A model generated the notes under the pieces. That model was not told where the DNA came from. It saw only the letters and a program-made list of their open reading frames with translations, and made no database searches. Shown here in pieces: positions 35,500-46,700 of a stretch of 64,000 nt of DNA (position 1 is its first letter; each line of letters begins with the position of its first letter). The DNA lies in IMG/VR virus record IMGVR_UViG_3300028048_003164, positions 55,608-119,607 of that record; one strand, written 5' to 3'. This stretch comes from a virus. Its lineage: Duplodnaviria > Caudoviricetes. The translations under genes and the position numbers were made by a program.

Positions 35500-36210
35500 A
35501 TGGAAGAGTTGGACTATGAGATACAGGATGCCATTCTTGAACGTCCCCATGTGTTCAGAATCGATGGCGAGACGTTCTACCTCTATCCCTTGACACTCGG
35601 AAAGATTCATCTCATGCAGAGGATATCCGAGTCGTTGGGATTGGAAAGGAAGAACCTCGAGAAGAACGCCATGCTTGAGATGCTGCGTGTCGTGGAGAAG
35701 AACAAGCCTGCCTGCTGCGACCTTCTCGCCTACCTTACGGCAAGGAACGACTATTACTCCGTCTTCGACTATGACGCTTTTGACAGGAGAAAAACAGTGT
35801 TCATGGAGCAGGAAGACAGCGAAATAGCAATGCTCGTCATGAAGGCGTTGTCATCGGACAGGACGGAACGCTTTATCACTCACCTCGGCATTGACACCGA
35901 GCAGAAAGATATGCAGAAGGTGGCAAAGGTGAAATCCGCCTCGGACAAGAACAGCTACACCTTCGGCGGAGTCTCTGTATTCGGTTCGCTGCTTGACGTT
36001 GCTATGGAACGGTACAAGATGACGAAGAGACAGGTCGTCTGGGAAATAGACTACACCTCGCTAAGGCTTCTTCTCGCAGACCGTGTCAACTCATTGTATG
36101 TGACGGATGAGGAGAGGAAGAAAATCCACATATCAAGGGACAGGAAGAAGGTGGACGGTGATAACAGACAGGCGATAATGGAGGCGATAAGGTCTCATGA
36201 TTGGGAATAA
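35500..36210 (+). CDS. Probable tail assembly chaperone
   Basis: F.LYP.TLGK...FGG.S.FG.L.D.A.ERY..T...VVWEI.Y..L; position before tape measure. Confidence 0.6.
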   Translation: MEELDYEIQDAILERPHVFRIDGETFYLYPLTLGKIHLMQRISESLGLERKNLEKNAMLEMLRVVEKNKPACCDLLAYLTARNDYYSVFDYDAFDRRKTVFMEQEDSEIAMLVMKALSSDRTERFITHLGIDTEQKDMQKVAKVKSASDKNSYTFGGVSVFGSLLDVAMERYKMTKRQVVWEIDYTSLRLLLADRVNSLYVTDEERKKIHISRDRKKVDGDNRQAIMEAIRSHDWE

Positions 36211-36321
36211 AAGGGAACCCCGTCTTTAATAAAAGGCACCACCGATTTATTAGAGCGCAAGGCTGCAATGACGGGGTTCACACCTCTCTTTCATAGTTGT
36301 TTTGAGGTCAATGCAAAGTTA
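36208..36321 (-). ncRNA. Candidate small structured RNA with its own promoter
   Basis: TAACTTTGC -7 box (36313-36321); 10-bp GAACCCCGTC/GACGGGGTTC stem; inner hairpin with GGTGGTGCC loop; T-tract. Confidence 0.5.
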
Positions 36322-36344
36322 AATAAAACCTTAAAACACGTCTT

Positions 36345-36587
36345 ATGAAAGTTATAGAATTGTTAAAAATTGACCAGTTAGTGTTAAACATACTGCATGA
36401 AAATTGCATCAGTGTGGGTGATGTGAGGTATATCTGTCTCTATGATGATTTTATGGGCATCATAGGTCACGGCGGAAAGATAACCTATGCCGTATCTGTC
36501 TTGTCGGAGAAGTACGGAATAAGCGAGCGGAAGGTCTATTACCTTCTGAAAAAGTTCTCAAAGGACTGCAATGTCTGTGCAGTCTGA
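36345..36587 (+). CDS. Small HTH (Mor-like) transcription regulator
   Basis: LSEKYGISERKVYYLLKKF helix-turn-helix. Confidence 0.75.
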   Translation: MKVIELLKIDQLVLNILHENCISVGDVRYICLYDDFMGIIGHGGKITYAVSVLSEKYGISERKVYYLLKKFSKDCNVCAV

Positions 36588-36658
36588 AAATACGAAAATC
36601 CTTTTTTTTGATATATTTCTTGCCTATCTTTGTCCTTGTCGATGCGCAAAGACAAGGA
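36564..36658 (+). promoter_or_regulatory. Operator palindrome + promoter + 5' hairpin
   Basis: GACTGCA-N7-TGCAGTC; TATCTTTG at 36625; TCCTTGTC/GACAAGGA hairpin. Confidence 0.6.
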
Positions 36659-36689
36659 ACTAATGTATTAACATCACAAAAACTAAACT

Positions 36690-37694
36690 ATGGCTTCAGA
36701 AATTTATCAAATTCCGGAAAGCAATTCTGGAAATGCAGGATTCGGAAACATTCCGTTCTCTATCCCCGTGGGTGGTTTCGGTGGCGGAGGCATCTTCGGA
36801 GGTAATGGTTTCGGCAATGACATCGGAGGCCTTATCACGCTCGCCATCGTGGCTTCTATCTTCGGATGGAACAACGGCGGAGGGTTCGGATTTGGCGGTA
36901 ACGGTGGTGGCAATGGTGCGGCAGGTTTCCTCTCTAACCAAATCAGCAATGACACGGGCAGGGAGCTTATCATGCAGGCTATTACCAACCAGGGTGAGGT
37001 TTCCCGCACGGCAACACAGACGCTGAGTACCATGCTCGGGCAGGATTTCAATTTAGTAAACGCTTCGATTCAGGGTATTCAGAATGCTTTGAATACCATC
37101 AGTGCAAATCAGGGTATGAATGCCCTGCAGGTCATTAACGCAATCCAGAATGGAAACGCAAGCCTTGGCGCTCAGTTCCAGCAGTGCTGCTGCCAGAATC
37201 AGTTGGCTATGTGCCAACAGACTAATGCGCTCCAGCAGGGCTTGAACGCAAACGCTGTCGCAGCACAGCAGGGCTTCGCAGGCGTACAGCAGTCCATTGC
37301 CTCAAAGGCGGCTTCCGACCAGTTGGCTCTATGTCAGCAAACATACGGCCTTACCGATACTATGAACCGGAACTTCCTCGCCCTCGATAACAAGATAGAC
37401 GCTCTTGAATCGAACCGTAAGGATAGGGAAATCACCGCCCTCACGGCAGAGAACGCCCAACTGAAATCGCAGAACTTCACCGCTGGCGTCGTTCAGCAGG
37501 CTGTCGCTCCACTAAATGCACAGCTCGCAGGTCTTGCAAAGGAGGTCGATGACATCAAATGCAAACTCCCAGAGACAGTGAATGTACAGTGGCCGAATTT
37601 GGTGGCAGTAAATGCTAGTCCGTATGTAAGTGGTGGGTTCTATCCAAACGGATATGGCTATAATGGCTTTGGCAATGGTAACTTGGTATTCTAA
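36690..37694 (+). CDS. Gly-rich TM + Gln/Asn coiled-coil 'CCC' protein, unknown function
   Basis: GG.G tracts flanking LITLAIVASIFGW; heptads; QQCCCQ; IKCKLP.T. Confidence 0.85.
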   Translation: MASEIYQIPESNSGNAGFGNIPFSIPVGGFGGGGIFGGNGFGNDIGGLITLAIVASIFGWNNGGGFGFGGNGGGNGAAGFLSNQISNDTGRELIMQAITNQGEVSRTATQTLSTMLGQDFNLVNASIQGIQNALNTISANQGMNALQVINAIQNGNASLGAQFQQCCCQNQLAMCQQTNALQQGLNANAVAAQQGFAGVQQSIASKAASDQLALCQQTYGLTDTMNRNFLALDNKIDALESNRKDREITALTAENAQLKSQNFTAGVVQQAVAPLNAQLAGLAKEVDDIKCKLPETVNVQWPNLVAVNASPYVSGGFYPNGYGYNGFGNGNLVF

Positions 37695-37718
37695 TTAAGG
37701 GTATAGGAGGTTAAAAGT

Positions 37719-38060
37719 ATGGGTTGTAATTGTAATTGCAATATAACGACTAATGCAGGAGGAATCCCGTACATTAGCAATACCAACGTGACAGTAGGTA
37801 CAGAGACTGTTGATATCGCACTTGGCTTTCGTCGTATTCAGCCAATAGGTTATTTCACCGTACATATGGAGAATGCCATTCCTGCTGATGCAACGACAAC
37901 GCTTCCAGTGACACTGACGATGAATGGAGTGACACGTAACCTCACCATGCCCAACGGTACGGCGGTGACTGTGGCAGATATACTTGCCACAAATGTTTTC
38001 CTCGTTTTTAACGACAGATTCAATAGTACTTTAGCATTGATGTCACGGACAATCGTGTGA
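37719..38060 (+). CDS. Small beta-sandwich-like protein
   Basis: MGCNCNC N-terminus; Thr/Val-rich. Confidence 0.8.
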   Translation: MGCNCNCNITTNAGGIPYISNTNVTVGTETVDIALGFRRIQPIGYFTVHMENAIPADATTTLPVTLTMNGVTRNLTMPNGTAVTVADILATNVFLVFNDRFNSTLALMSRTIV

Positions 38061-38092
38061 ACCAAACAAATAACTTACAAAAGTAAAGAATC

Positions 38093-38620
38093 ATGGATTT
38101 CAATTCACTTGGGCAGGGTAGCCCGTTCTATATCCTCACTAAGCACGAGGGTCAGAAACCTACTCTCGAGGTAGGAACGATAAAGGAGAAAGTTCTCCAA
38201 CAGCCGCAGTATCAGTTTCAGGCTGTTCCGACAGCTATGAACGGCATGGGTGTGCAACAGCAACTGGTAAGGATGGTCGTGACCATCGGCGGAAGTGACC
38301 GCGTTGTTCCCGACATACCGGGAAACGTTGAGATAGCCGCCAAGGGTGATATCACCTATTCAGGAAGTCCGCAGGCAATGATGCAGGCGGTGGATGCCAT
38401 GATGCAAACATCAAAGGCAGAACTAGAAAGGGAAGGCTACAACAAGATGGTACTTGGGGAAGGCGAGAGGTTCATGGAAACGCTTAATCCACGCTATGCC
38501 GAGGAGAAACAGCGTGACCGTACCATCAAGTCCCTCGAGGAACGTCAGGCGGCTACGGACAGCAAGCTTGACACAATAATCAGCAAACTGAATGAGCTTT
38601 TTACACCGTCCAAGAAATAG
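38093..38620 (+). CDS. Hypothetical protein with C-terminal coiled coil
   Basis: F.SL.QGS.FYIL.K...LNP.YA.EKQRD..I..LE. Confidence 0.8.
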   Translation: MDFNSLGQGSPFYILTKHEGQKPTLEVGTIKEKVLQQPQYQFQAVPTAMNGMGVQQQLVRMVVTIGGSDRVVPDIPGNVEIAAKGDITYSGSPQAMMQAVDAMMQTSKAELEREGYNKMVLGEGERFMETLNPRYAEEKQRDRTIKSLEERQAATDSKLDTIISKLNELFTPSKK

Positions 38621-38644
38621 AAACCACAAATAACTTCAAAGACA

Positions 38645-38851
38645 ATGATTATCATTAAGGACAGCAACGAAGAGAGCAAAAGCGAGATGCGTCACTATAT
38701 GCGTTCTCGCATGCGCAGCAGCAGCCGCAATCGCGGTGGATACCGTACTAGCACCACATCATACAAGGATGAGGACAGCTGGAAGGAAGGCTATGAGAAA
38801 GGCTACAAGGATGCCTGTAAGGACATGGAAAACGGCGAGTTAGACGACTAA
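38645..38851 (+). CDS. Small Arg-rich/acidic protein
   Basis: MRHYMRSRMR...EGYEKGYKDA. Confidence 0.75.
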   Translation: MIIIKDSNEESKSEMRHYMRSRMRSSSRNRGGYRTSTTSYKDEDSWKEGYEKGYKDACKDMENGELDD

Positions 38852-38913
38852 GACCGTAGTGTTAACAAGAGTAAGGGAGTTTATTGCTCCCTACTCTTCA
38901 AAAAAAAGACATT

Positions 38914-39330
38914 ATGAAAACATCATTAATGAACTTTTGCATTCCCGAAGACCTCGAACAGTATATGGCCTATTATGGGATGCATTTCAACAGGAAACTT
39001 TGCGATTTTGCCATCAGTAGGATGCGGAAGAAAGACAAGGTATCTGGGAAGATGGTAAAGGTAGTTCCCATGACAGTGAGCGAGTTGAAATCCGTCTTGG
39101 AGGAAAACAAGGTGGAGATAGACGATTCCTGCATCTATGACGCTATGTATCTTGCGGCAATGGTGAAGGCAGATTATTGGGGCAGCAGCATAGAGGATGA
39201 TGAACACCTTACTAAATACATAAAAGATGTCCTTGGTGACGAGGACGGCTATGACGGACTTGTATTTTGCCGATACATCGGTGACTGTAATGCTACGGGA
39301 ACGGTCATACAGTGGGACTTGATGCTTTAA
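38914..39330 (+). CDS. Conserved hypothetical protein
   Basis: Y..YYG.HFN.KLC.FA...M...YD..Y.A.M.KADY.GSSI.D...D.DGYDG; ATG at 38914. Confidence 0.8.
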   Translation: MKTSLMNFCIPEDLEQYMAYYGMHFNRKLCDFAISRMRKKDKVSGKMVKVVPMTVSELKSVLEENKVEIDDSCIYDAMYLAAMVKADYWGSSIEDDEHLTKYIKDVLGDEDGYDGLVFCRYIGDCNATGTVIQWDLML

Positions 39331-39334
39331 GCTT

Positions 39335-39724
39335 ATGAAAGCCGATTATATAGACATAAAAGGTTATTGGGGAATAATCCTCTGCCACGACCTTCGCAGG
39401 CTTGACGAGTATGAGATGCGTCAGGCTATGATAGCTTTCGGAATGCGAGGTGATAAGATTGACGAGGTGATAGATGTCCTGCTTTTCCAGAAGAATAGTG
39501 GAATGTGCGTAAGCCGTGATGACATCTGCATGAGTCTTGTGTTCGTAGGGAATGCTACGGGAGGCGATCAGTGGTGGGATACGACGGCGCACGAGGTACT
39601 CTATCATGCCATGGTTGCCATATGTGACTATTACGAAGTTCCGTACGGCAGTGAGGACGGGGCATGGCTTACGGGCTACCTTATGAGAAAAGCTGTGCAA
39701 CTGTTAGGAGAGCCATGCCTATGA
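39335..39724 (+). CDS. Putative zincin-like metallopeptidase
   Basis: TAHEVLYH (HExxxH) + SED.A.L.GY. Confidence 0.55.
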   Translation: MKADYIDIKGYWGIILCHDLRRLDEYEMRQAMIAFGMRGDKIDEVIDVLLFQKNSGMCVSRDDICMSLVFVGNATGGDQWWDTTAHEVLYHAMVAICDYYEVPYGSEDGAWLTGYLMRKAVQLLGEPCL

Positions 39725-39939
39725 GTACGATGCTTGAAATGGGAAAAGACGGTGTCAACATACTATGCCTGTATGACATGACACGCTACGACATCCGCTA
39801 TCTTAATGCATGGCTCTTTGCCTTGGGGTTGAACGATACGGAAAGAAAAAGGAAATGCAGTATGCTGTTTGAGGACGGTGAGTTGCTTTTCAGCAACTTA
39901 AAGCATCACTTAACGATACACTGCAGGGTAAGGGCATAG
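39721..39939 (+). CDS. Truncated paralogue of the preceding gene
   Basis: ATGA overlap; aligns by eye with N-terminal half of 39335..39724; lacks the HE motif. Confidence 0.5.
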   Translation: MSTMLEMGKDGVNILCLYDMTRYDIRYLNAWLFALGLNDTERKRKCSMLFEDGELLFSNLKHHLTIHCRVRA

Positions 39940-39961
39940 CGACTCTCTTTCCCCATCCTTT

Positions 39962-40609
39962 TTACGATTCACTGTCGATGGGCGAGTAGCGCTCCATATA
40001 GATGTCTATCAGCGGTCGACCGTTGTAGAGCCAGTAGGGAGTGGGCTGAACGCCGTAGGAAAGCCCCTTTATTTTGCTTGTGGCGGCTGTAAGGGACATC
40101 AGTTCGCCATTGTACGCAACCTTCCTTTCCGAGGCGACAGTGGCGAAGATATGGGGGTCGTCCCTCCAAAAAAGATGCTCCCCTCCCTTTATTCCCAAAG
40201 CGAGAAAGTTGAACGGCTCTCTTCTCTTTGGTGACTCTGCCTTTTCTTTCTCAAGGGCGACACGCTCCTGTGGGTCAAGTCCTTTGTTGAGTTCCATATT
40301 TATTTCATCCGTGATGTTCTCCAACTGGAACATGGAGAGTATCGGTATCACCCTGTCTGCATCCATGCGGAAGAACTCCCTTTTGGGGTTTACCCTGTCG
40401 GGTGCAAATGCCTTGTGGAGTGCGGACTCAATTTTCCTCATGTCCGCTTTCCTGACCACACAGGTGTAGACGGACTCAAACTGCACTGGAACGCTTGTGT
40501 TGTTCAAGACCCTCATGCGCTCCTGTATGTTGTCGGTGATTCCTATCTTTATCAATCCCGGCATACATTCGTTCTTTAGTACATAGACGTACCCGATTTC
40601 CTCACTCAT
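39962..40609 (-). CDS. GIY-YIG (T5orf172-type) nuclease with C-terminal RAMA-like domain
   Basis: GYVYVL.N..MPGLIKIG.T...R..L...VP..F...E..LH...REFF; C-terminal F..LGI..G..L...SL.AA...YW.Y.G..L. Confidence 0.8.
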   Translation of the reverse strand: MSEEIGYVYVLKNECMPGLIKIGITDNIQERMRVLNNTSVPVQFESVYTCVVRKADMRKIESALHKAFAPDRVNPKREFFRMDADRVIPILSMFQLENITDEINMELNKGLDPQERVALEKEKAESPKRREPFNFLALGIKGGEHLFWRDDPHIFATVASERKVAYNGELMSLTAATSKIKGLSYGVQPTPYWLYNGRPLIDIYMERYSPIDSES

Positions 40610-40704
40610 ATCTTTACTTTTCTTTTGTTTGCCTTACAAAAATAAGAATAATTTTTCATATCTCTTCCGTGATTATTATTTTTTGTGTAAACAATTTATT
40701 AAAA

Positions 40705-40739
40705 TATTTGGTAACCAAATACTTTTTTAATAATTTTGC
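40705..40739 (+). promoter_or_regulatory. Late-type promoter for the tail operon
   Basis: TATTTGGTAACCAAATACTTTTTTAATAATTTTGC. Confidence 0.75.
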
Positions 40740-40759
40740 AAGGGAAACAGGATAATATT

Positions 40760-43700
40760 ATGCCAGGGATTGATTGGTATGCGACTTGCGATAACAGCGA
40801 TTTCATTCGTTCCATGAATGAAATGTCTGCGCATGTACGTCAGATAAAAGATAATATAGAGAGGGCTGGGATAGATATCGATGCTGCATTTAATCGGATA
40901 AATGCGGGCAAGAACCTCTCGTTGGGAACGGAAGATTTGAATTCACAAGTTGACTTAGCGATAAAGGCTTTTGATAGGGTTGCAAAAGCTATGGGAGTTA
41001 GTTCCGAAGCAGCGGAGTCTGCAAAAAAGAAATTTTCAGAAACAATACTGGAAATAGCGAACTCATCAGATGAAGCAACAGAGAAACAGCAGCAATTGAC
41101 AAAAGCAGTGATGGCTTTTGTAGAAGACATTTCCAATGGATCTATAGGCGAATTCTTGAATGATTACGACAAGGAAGCAAAAAAATTTACGGGAAACATC
41201 GAGGACTACTATAAAAGTTTGCTATCCGCCCTTATGGATTTAAGGGATATCCTTCAAGTTGCAAGGGAGGAATTACCTACCCTCTCCGATGATAATAGTA
41301 AGGCTGCCTTGGAGGAGATTGACAATAGCCTTGATTCTTTGAACGTATCCTTGGAAGATGAAATTAATACCGTCGGGCGACTGGCAGAGAAGGCGCATGA
41401 AAGCACGGAGGCTTTTGAAGAGCAAGCAGAAACGCTTGGAAAAACGGCCCGTGCCATGGAAGCTGTCGATGAGCTTGGTAAGGAATTCACTATCTTCTCT
41501 ATTGCCCCTGAGGAGGAACTGAAGGCAGCAAAGGAGATGATGGAAAAGCTTGTCTCTCTAAGGGAAAATATCGACACTGCCGTTGGTGACCTCGATGGTG
41601 AAGCTGCAGGCCCTCTGTTTGCGAGGCTTGACAAAGTCCTCGAGAAGCTTAGGGAAGTGGAATCCGTGTCGGATTTATTCAATGAGAAGGGACTCTTTAG
41701 AACTGACTTGATGAAGGATATCAACAGTCTTGAAGAAATAGAACGGGGGTTGTTGAATATCAAGGAAAAGATGCAACAGACGGAGGATGAAGCGAACAAG
41801 GCAGAGAAAGCCTTTGTGGGAATAAGGACGCAGATACTCCAAGCAAGAAAAGAGATAGAGGGGTTGCTTGATAGCGGGCAGGAGGGAACGCAGGAGTTCT
41901 ACGATGCCGTAATGCATGCAAGTGAGCTGTCCCAAGAAATGAAAAAGATAAACCTTCTCATGGATTACAACTCCAAAGGAGGAACGCTTCGCGCCTTGCG
42001 TGACGGTTTGCAGGGTGTGGCTGGTGCTGCGAGCCTTGCTACAGGTGTCATGGGACTTTTCAACAGGGACAGCGAGAAAATGGAGGAAATACAGACAAGG
42101 ATTCAGTCCTTGCTTGGTATAATTGTCGGCTTACAAGAGACCTATGCCTTTGTAACGAAAGGCGCAACTATTGCTCAAACTCTTTTTAACAAGGCTGCAA
42201 ATGCCAATCCATACGTCCTTTTAGCTACCGTTATCGGAACTGTCGTGGCTGGTCTTGGCGCATATATAGCAAGTACAAGAGAGGCTACGAAGGAAGAAAA
42301 TGTACATGTGGACAATATAAAGAATCACCACAAGGAATGGGCGGTGTCCGTTGCAAACACTGCAGCTGAACAGATATCATCATATAAAAAACTGCAAGAT
42401 GAATATAACAGCCTCGGGGATAGTCTTGGAGAAAAGGAGAAGTTCATCTTGGATAATAAAGATGCATTTATAAGCTTGGGCTTTTCCGTCAACAACGTAT
42501 CTGATGCGGAAAATATTTTTGTAAAGAACACCGATGCAGTCGTTTCTTCCATCATGGCACGTGCAAAAGCTGCGGCTTATCAAGAGCTGGCCACGGAAGA
42601 GATAAAAAAACAGATACTTAGAGACCAGAGCAACAGCTCCGTTCAAGGAGGACAATTCCGAACGGTATTCTCTGCGGGACAGAGACTTACAAGAAGCCAA
42701 TATGAAGAATATTTCTCCCGATATGGCAAACGACTCTCATTGTCAGATTCAAAGGGCGTCTTTGGCTCAACGGATATGATTCTAACCGAGGAAGGTGCGA
42801 GAAAAATGAACCAATGGTCAACGAACTATGCCAAGATGCGCCGCCAAAAGACCAAAGAGGAAAAGGCAGCAAGTGAAGAATATGTTAGAACCTTAATTGA
42901 AAATGGCAGAAAGGAAACGCAGGCCGAGATAAATCTTTTGAAAGGCGCAGGGATAGAAGCATACACGAAAGAACCGAAGAGCACTAAGACGACAACTAAG
43001 ACAACAAAAGCGGACGACACCCTTGAGAAGGAGCAGGCAGCTCAGCACGCCAAGCAGATTGAGGAAGAACTGCGCTACCAGGATGAACTGCGCAAGATCC
43101 GTCAGGAGGCATCGGACGCACGACGTGATGCAGAGATAGCCTCCATACAGAATGATGCAGAGCGTGAACGTGCAGAGCAGGATGAGCAGCATGAAAGGAA
43201 CCTCCGTCAGATCGAGGAGCATGCCAATGAAATGCGCAAGGCCATCTACGAGCATAACAAGAAGGCATGGGAGAACGCCCACAAGGACAGTCCCTATGAG
43301 AATACCGAGGCTGGAAAGGCCGGTTGGATGGGGCTGCAGCTTTCCGAAGATCAGCAGGCAACCATCGATGCCCTCATGCAGAAGGAGAATGCCGAATACC
43401 TCCGTCTGGTAGAGCAGCGCTACGACCAGGAGCGTCAGGCGACTCTCGACTTCTTGAAGGAATATGGTGACTACGAGCAACAGAAACTCGCCATCACGCA
43501 AGAGTATGAAGATAAGATAGCCAAAGCGTCATCCGTCACAGAGAGAGCATCTTTGGGTTTACAGAAGGATAAGGCACTCAAAGACTTGGAGAAACAGCAG
43601 TTGGAGGATAGCATAGACTGGGCTGGAGTGTTCAACGACCTGTCCGGCCATACTAAGGAATACCTCGAAGGTCTGCGTGACCAGTTACAGCATATCCTTT

Positions 43701-46700
43701 CTACGGGTAATCTCCCCATCGACCAGATGGAGACGATACAAGGGAAGATCCGTGAGATAAACACCGCCATCAACGAGCAGGGCGGTATGTTCTCGTTTGC
43801 CAACGAACAGCAGCGTGAGCACACCCGACGGGTGCAGGAGGCTGCCGATGCACAGGAACGTCTGAACAAGGCCTTATCCGATCAGTCTATCTTGGAGAAA
43901 GAAGTAGCGGATTTGGAATTATCCCTCCGTGACTCACTGAGGAGCATCGATCCGTCACTTGCTGGCATTGATTTCGATGAAGGTTGGCTTGACGCTCTCG
44001 GACTTGATAAGCAAAGCGACCTGTATAAGAAGCTCTCCGAGCAGGCGGTCAAACTGGCTAAGGCAGAAGGCAATTTAGCTAACGCAAGAGAGAAAACCTC
44101 AAAGGCCTGGGGTGGCTGGAAGAAAGCTGAAGACGGTGTCAATGAGGAATTGAAAGATGCCATCGCTCGTGTGGCCGGAAATATCAAAGATTGGGTAAAT
44201 GAGTACCTGGGCGACCTTCCAGACCTGCTTAACGAGATAGGTCTGGGTAGTGCCGGTGAGAAGGTATCGCACGGCCTTTCGGGTATCAATAACGCTGCCA
44301 ACGCGGCAGCCGACTTCGCAAGTGGTAATTATGTCGGGGCGGCCTTGAACGCCATTAAGTCGGTAAAGGACTTCGGGCGTGCCTTCGGTATCGGCGGTGG
44401 TAATGCCGCAGAGATAAACAAGCAGTTGGAGAAGCTGTCCGACCGTAACGAGATACTGACTACGGCCATTGACCGACTGACCGACACTATGAACGGTAAG
44501 AGCGGGCAGAGTGCCATCAAGACCTACGAGACACTCGCCAAGCAGCAGAAGGAGTTGGAGAAGAACCTTCAGAAGCAGCTGCAGCTACAGATGCAATATA
44601 ACGCCGCTCACCACTCCTTTAACAAGAATTGGAAAGGCTTCTCGTCGTCAGAGCTATCAACGTTCAACTCACTGTTCGGAACGAATTGGAACGGTGACTT
44701 GAACACCCTCACTGCCGACCTCGCTGCCAACCTGTTAGGAATGGCCGATATGATGCAGAAGATTGCCGACACAGGCGATTATGGTGACCGTGTGGTAGAA
44801 CGTATCAAGGAACTGGCGGCACAGGCAGGCAAGGCAGAGGAGCAGGTATCTGCCCTCAACGAAGCTCTTACGACCACTACGAAGGAAAACGTCTTTGATG
44901 ACTTCCTTAGCTCCCTCTATGACCTCGCAGACGGCTCGGAGGATGTAATGGATAATATCGCCAAGAACTGGCAGCAGATGGTTAACCGAATGGTGATAAA
45001 CAACCTTATCGGTGAGCGGATGCAGAGCCAGTTGGAGAATTGGTACGAACAGTTGGCCCAAGTGAACAAAGACCGCACGGAGGGGAAGATAGACGACAGT
45101 TATTACAAGCAACGTTTGGAGCAGTTGCAGCAGCAGTATAACTCCTACGTTCAGCAGGGGCAGTCACAGATAGAGCAGTTCCGTCAGATGGGTATCATCA
45201 AGAGCATAGAGGAAACGACGGAGGAAGCACTTGATTACCTCGATACTATTCGCAGTGCCTTTGAGCAGCTTGTCTCGGACAGTGAGACAGACATGGAGGC
45301 GTGGGGCAATAACCTGCGTAATTCCATCCTACAGAACCTCATACAGAGCAAGCTGCTTGACGAGGAGTTTGACAAGTGGGCCAACGGATGGGCAGAGCGT
45401 TACTCTAAGCTGATGAGCGACCTCACAGACGGGGTAATCTCACAGACCGACTACGACCGCCAGTTGGCAGAGCTTAATGCCGAGTTCGACAAGACCACGG
45501 GCGAGATCAGCGAGAAGTCCAAGCAGATGTGGGAGGCCTTCGGCATTGATGCCGAGGAAGCAGCGGAGGAAACGAAGTCGGCCTTCGAGGACTTGCACAG
45601 TTCGTTCCTCTCTACACTCACCGACATCAACGGTGACGTGGAGGCATGGTCGAAGAATATCACCAAGACGATGGTTGAGCAGCTTGTGGAGAGGAATATC
45701 CTCAACGAAGCCTTTGACCAGCAGATGGACACATGGAGAGAGTCTTTCGAAAAAGCTTTAGAGGCCAATGACACCGAGGGACTGATAGCACTGCGCAAGG
45801 AACTTGAAGACCTCCGTGAGTCCCTTGCCACTCAGGCGCAGGAATACATGACCGCTCTGGGCTACGTTCAGGAGGTTGTCAGCGATACTACCTTCAAGGA
45901 TATGGGCGGCGACTTCCGCAGTCAGCTGATGAACCTCGATGCCACGGCAGAGGATTGGGCAGAGTCGGTAGGACGCAAGATGGCAGAGAAGATTGTCGAT
46001 GAGATGGTTTCCTCTACGATGATACAGCCATTCCTCAACGAGTTACAGAAAGCCTTCAACGCAGCAATGAGCGTGGAGGGTGCTACCGTGAGCAGTGTAC
46101 TCACAGCCCTCACACCGCAGATAGAAGCCGCCAAGCAAGCCTTTGAGCAGGCACAGCCTGTGGTGCACGACATACTCGCTCAACTGGGTATCACGGAGAA
46201 ACAGGAACTACCATTCTCAGACCTCCGCAGTACGTTCGTTTCCACCCTCATGGATATGGAGGCTGATGCCGAGACATTCGGTAAGGAGATTGGCAGGACG
46301 CTCATCGAGCAGATGATTGACACACAGCTCAAGAACCAGTTCCAGGATAAGCTCGACGAACTGAACAACGAGTGGGCGAAAGCACTGCAGAACGGTGACA
46401 GCGCAGCCATAGAGAATATCCGCCAGCAGATGGTGCAAATGAGGGAGGACGCAGCGAGAGCAGTACAACCTCTCTTAGACGACCTGAAGGAACTGGAGTA
46501 TGTTGCCGAGGACACACCGCTGAGCGGTCTGCGTTCATCATTCCTCTCCGACCTCATGGATATGGAGAGTTCCACCGAGGACTTTGCCGACAACATAAAC
46601 AAGATACTCACCGAGGCATTTGTGGATAAGTTTGTGCTTGGCGATGGCTTCGACAAGATGCTCAATGAGTGGCAGGAACGCTACCGTCAGATCATGGATA

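Noticed and set aside
35500-36210. Programmed frameshift in the tail assembly chaperone
   Set aside because: Single continuous ORF with no overlapping second frame or convincing slippery site
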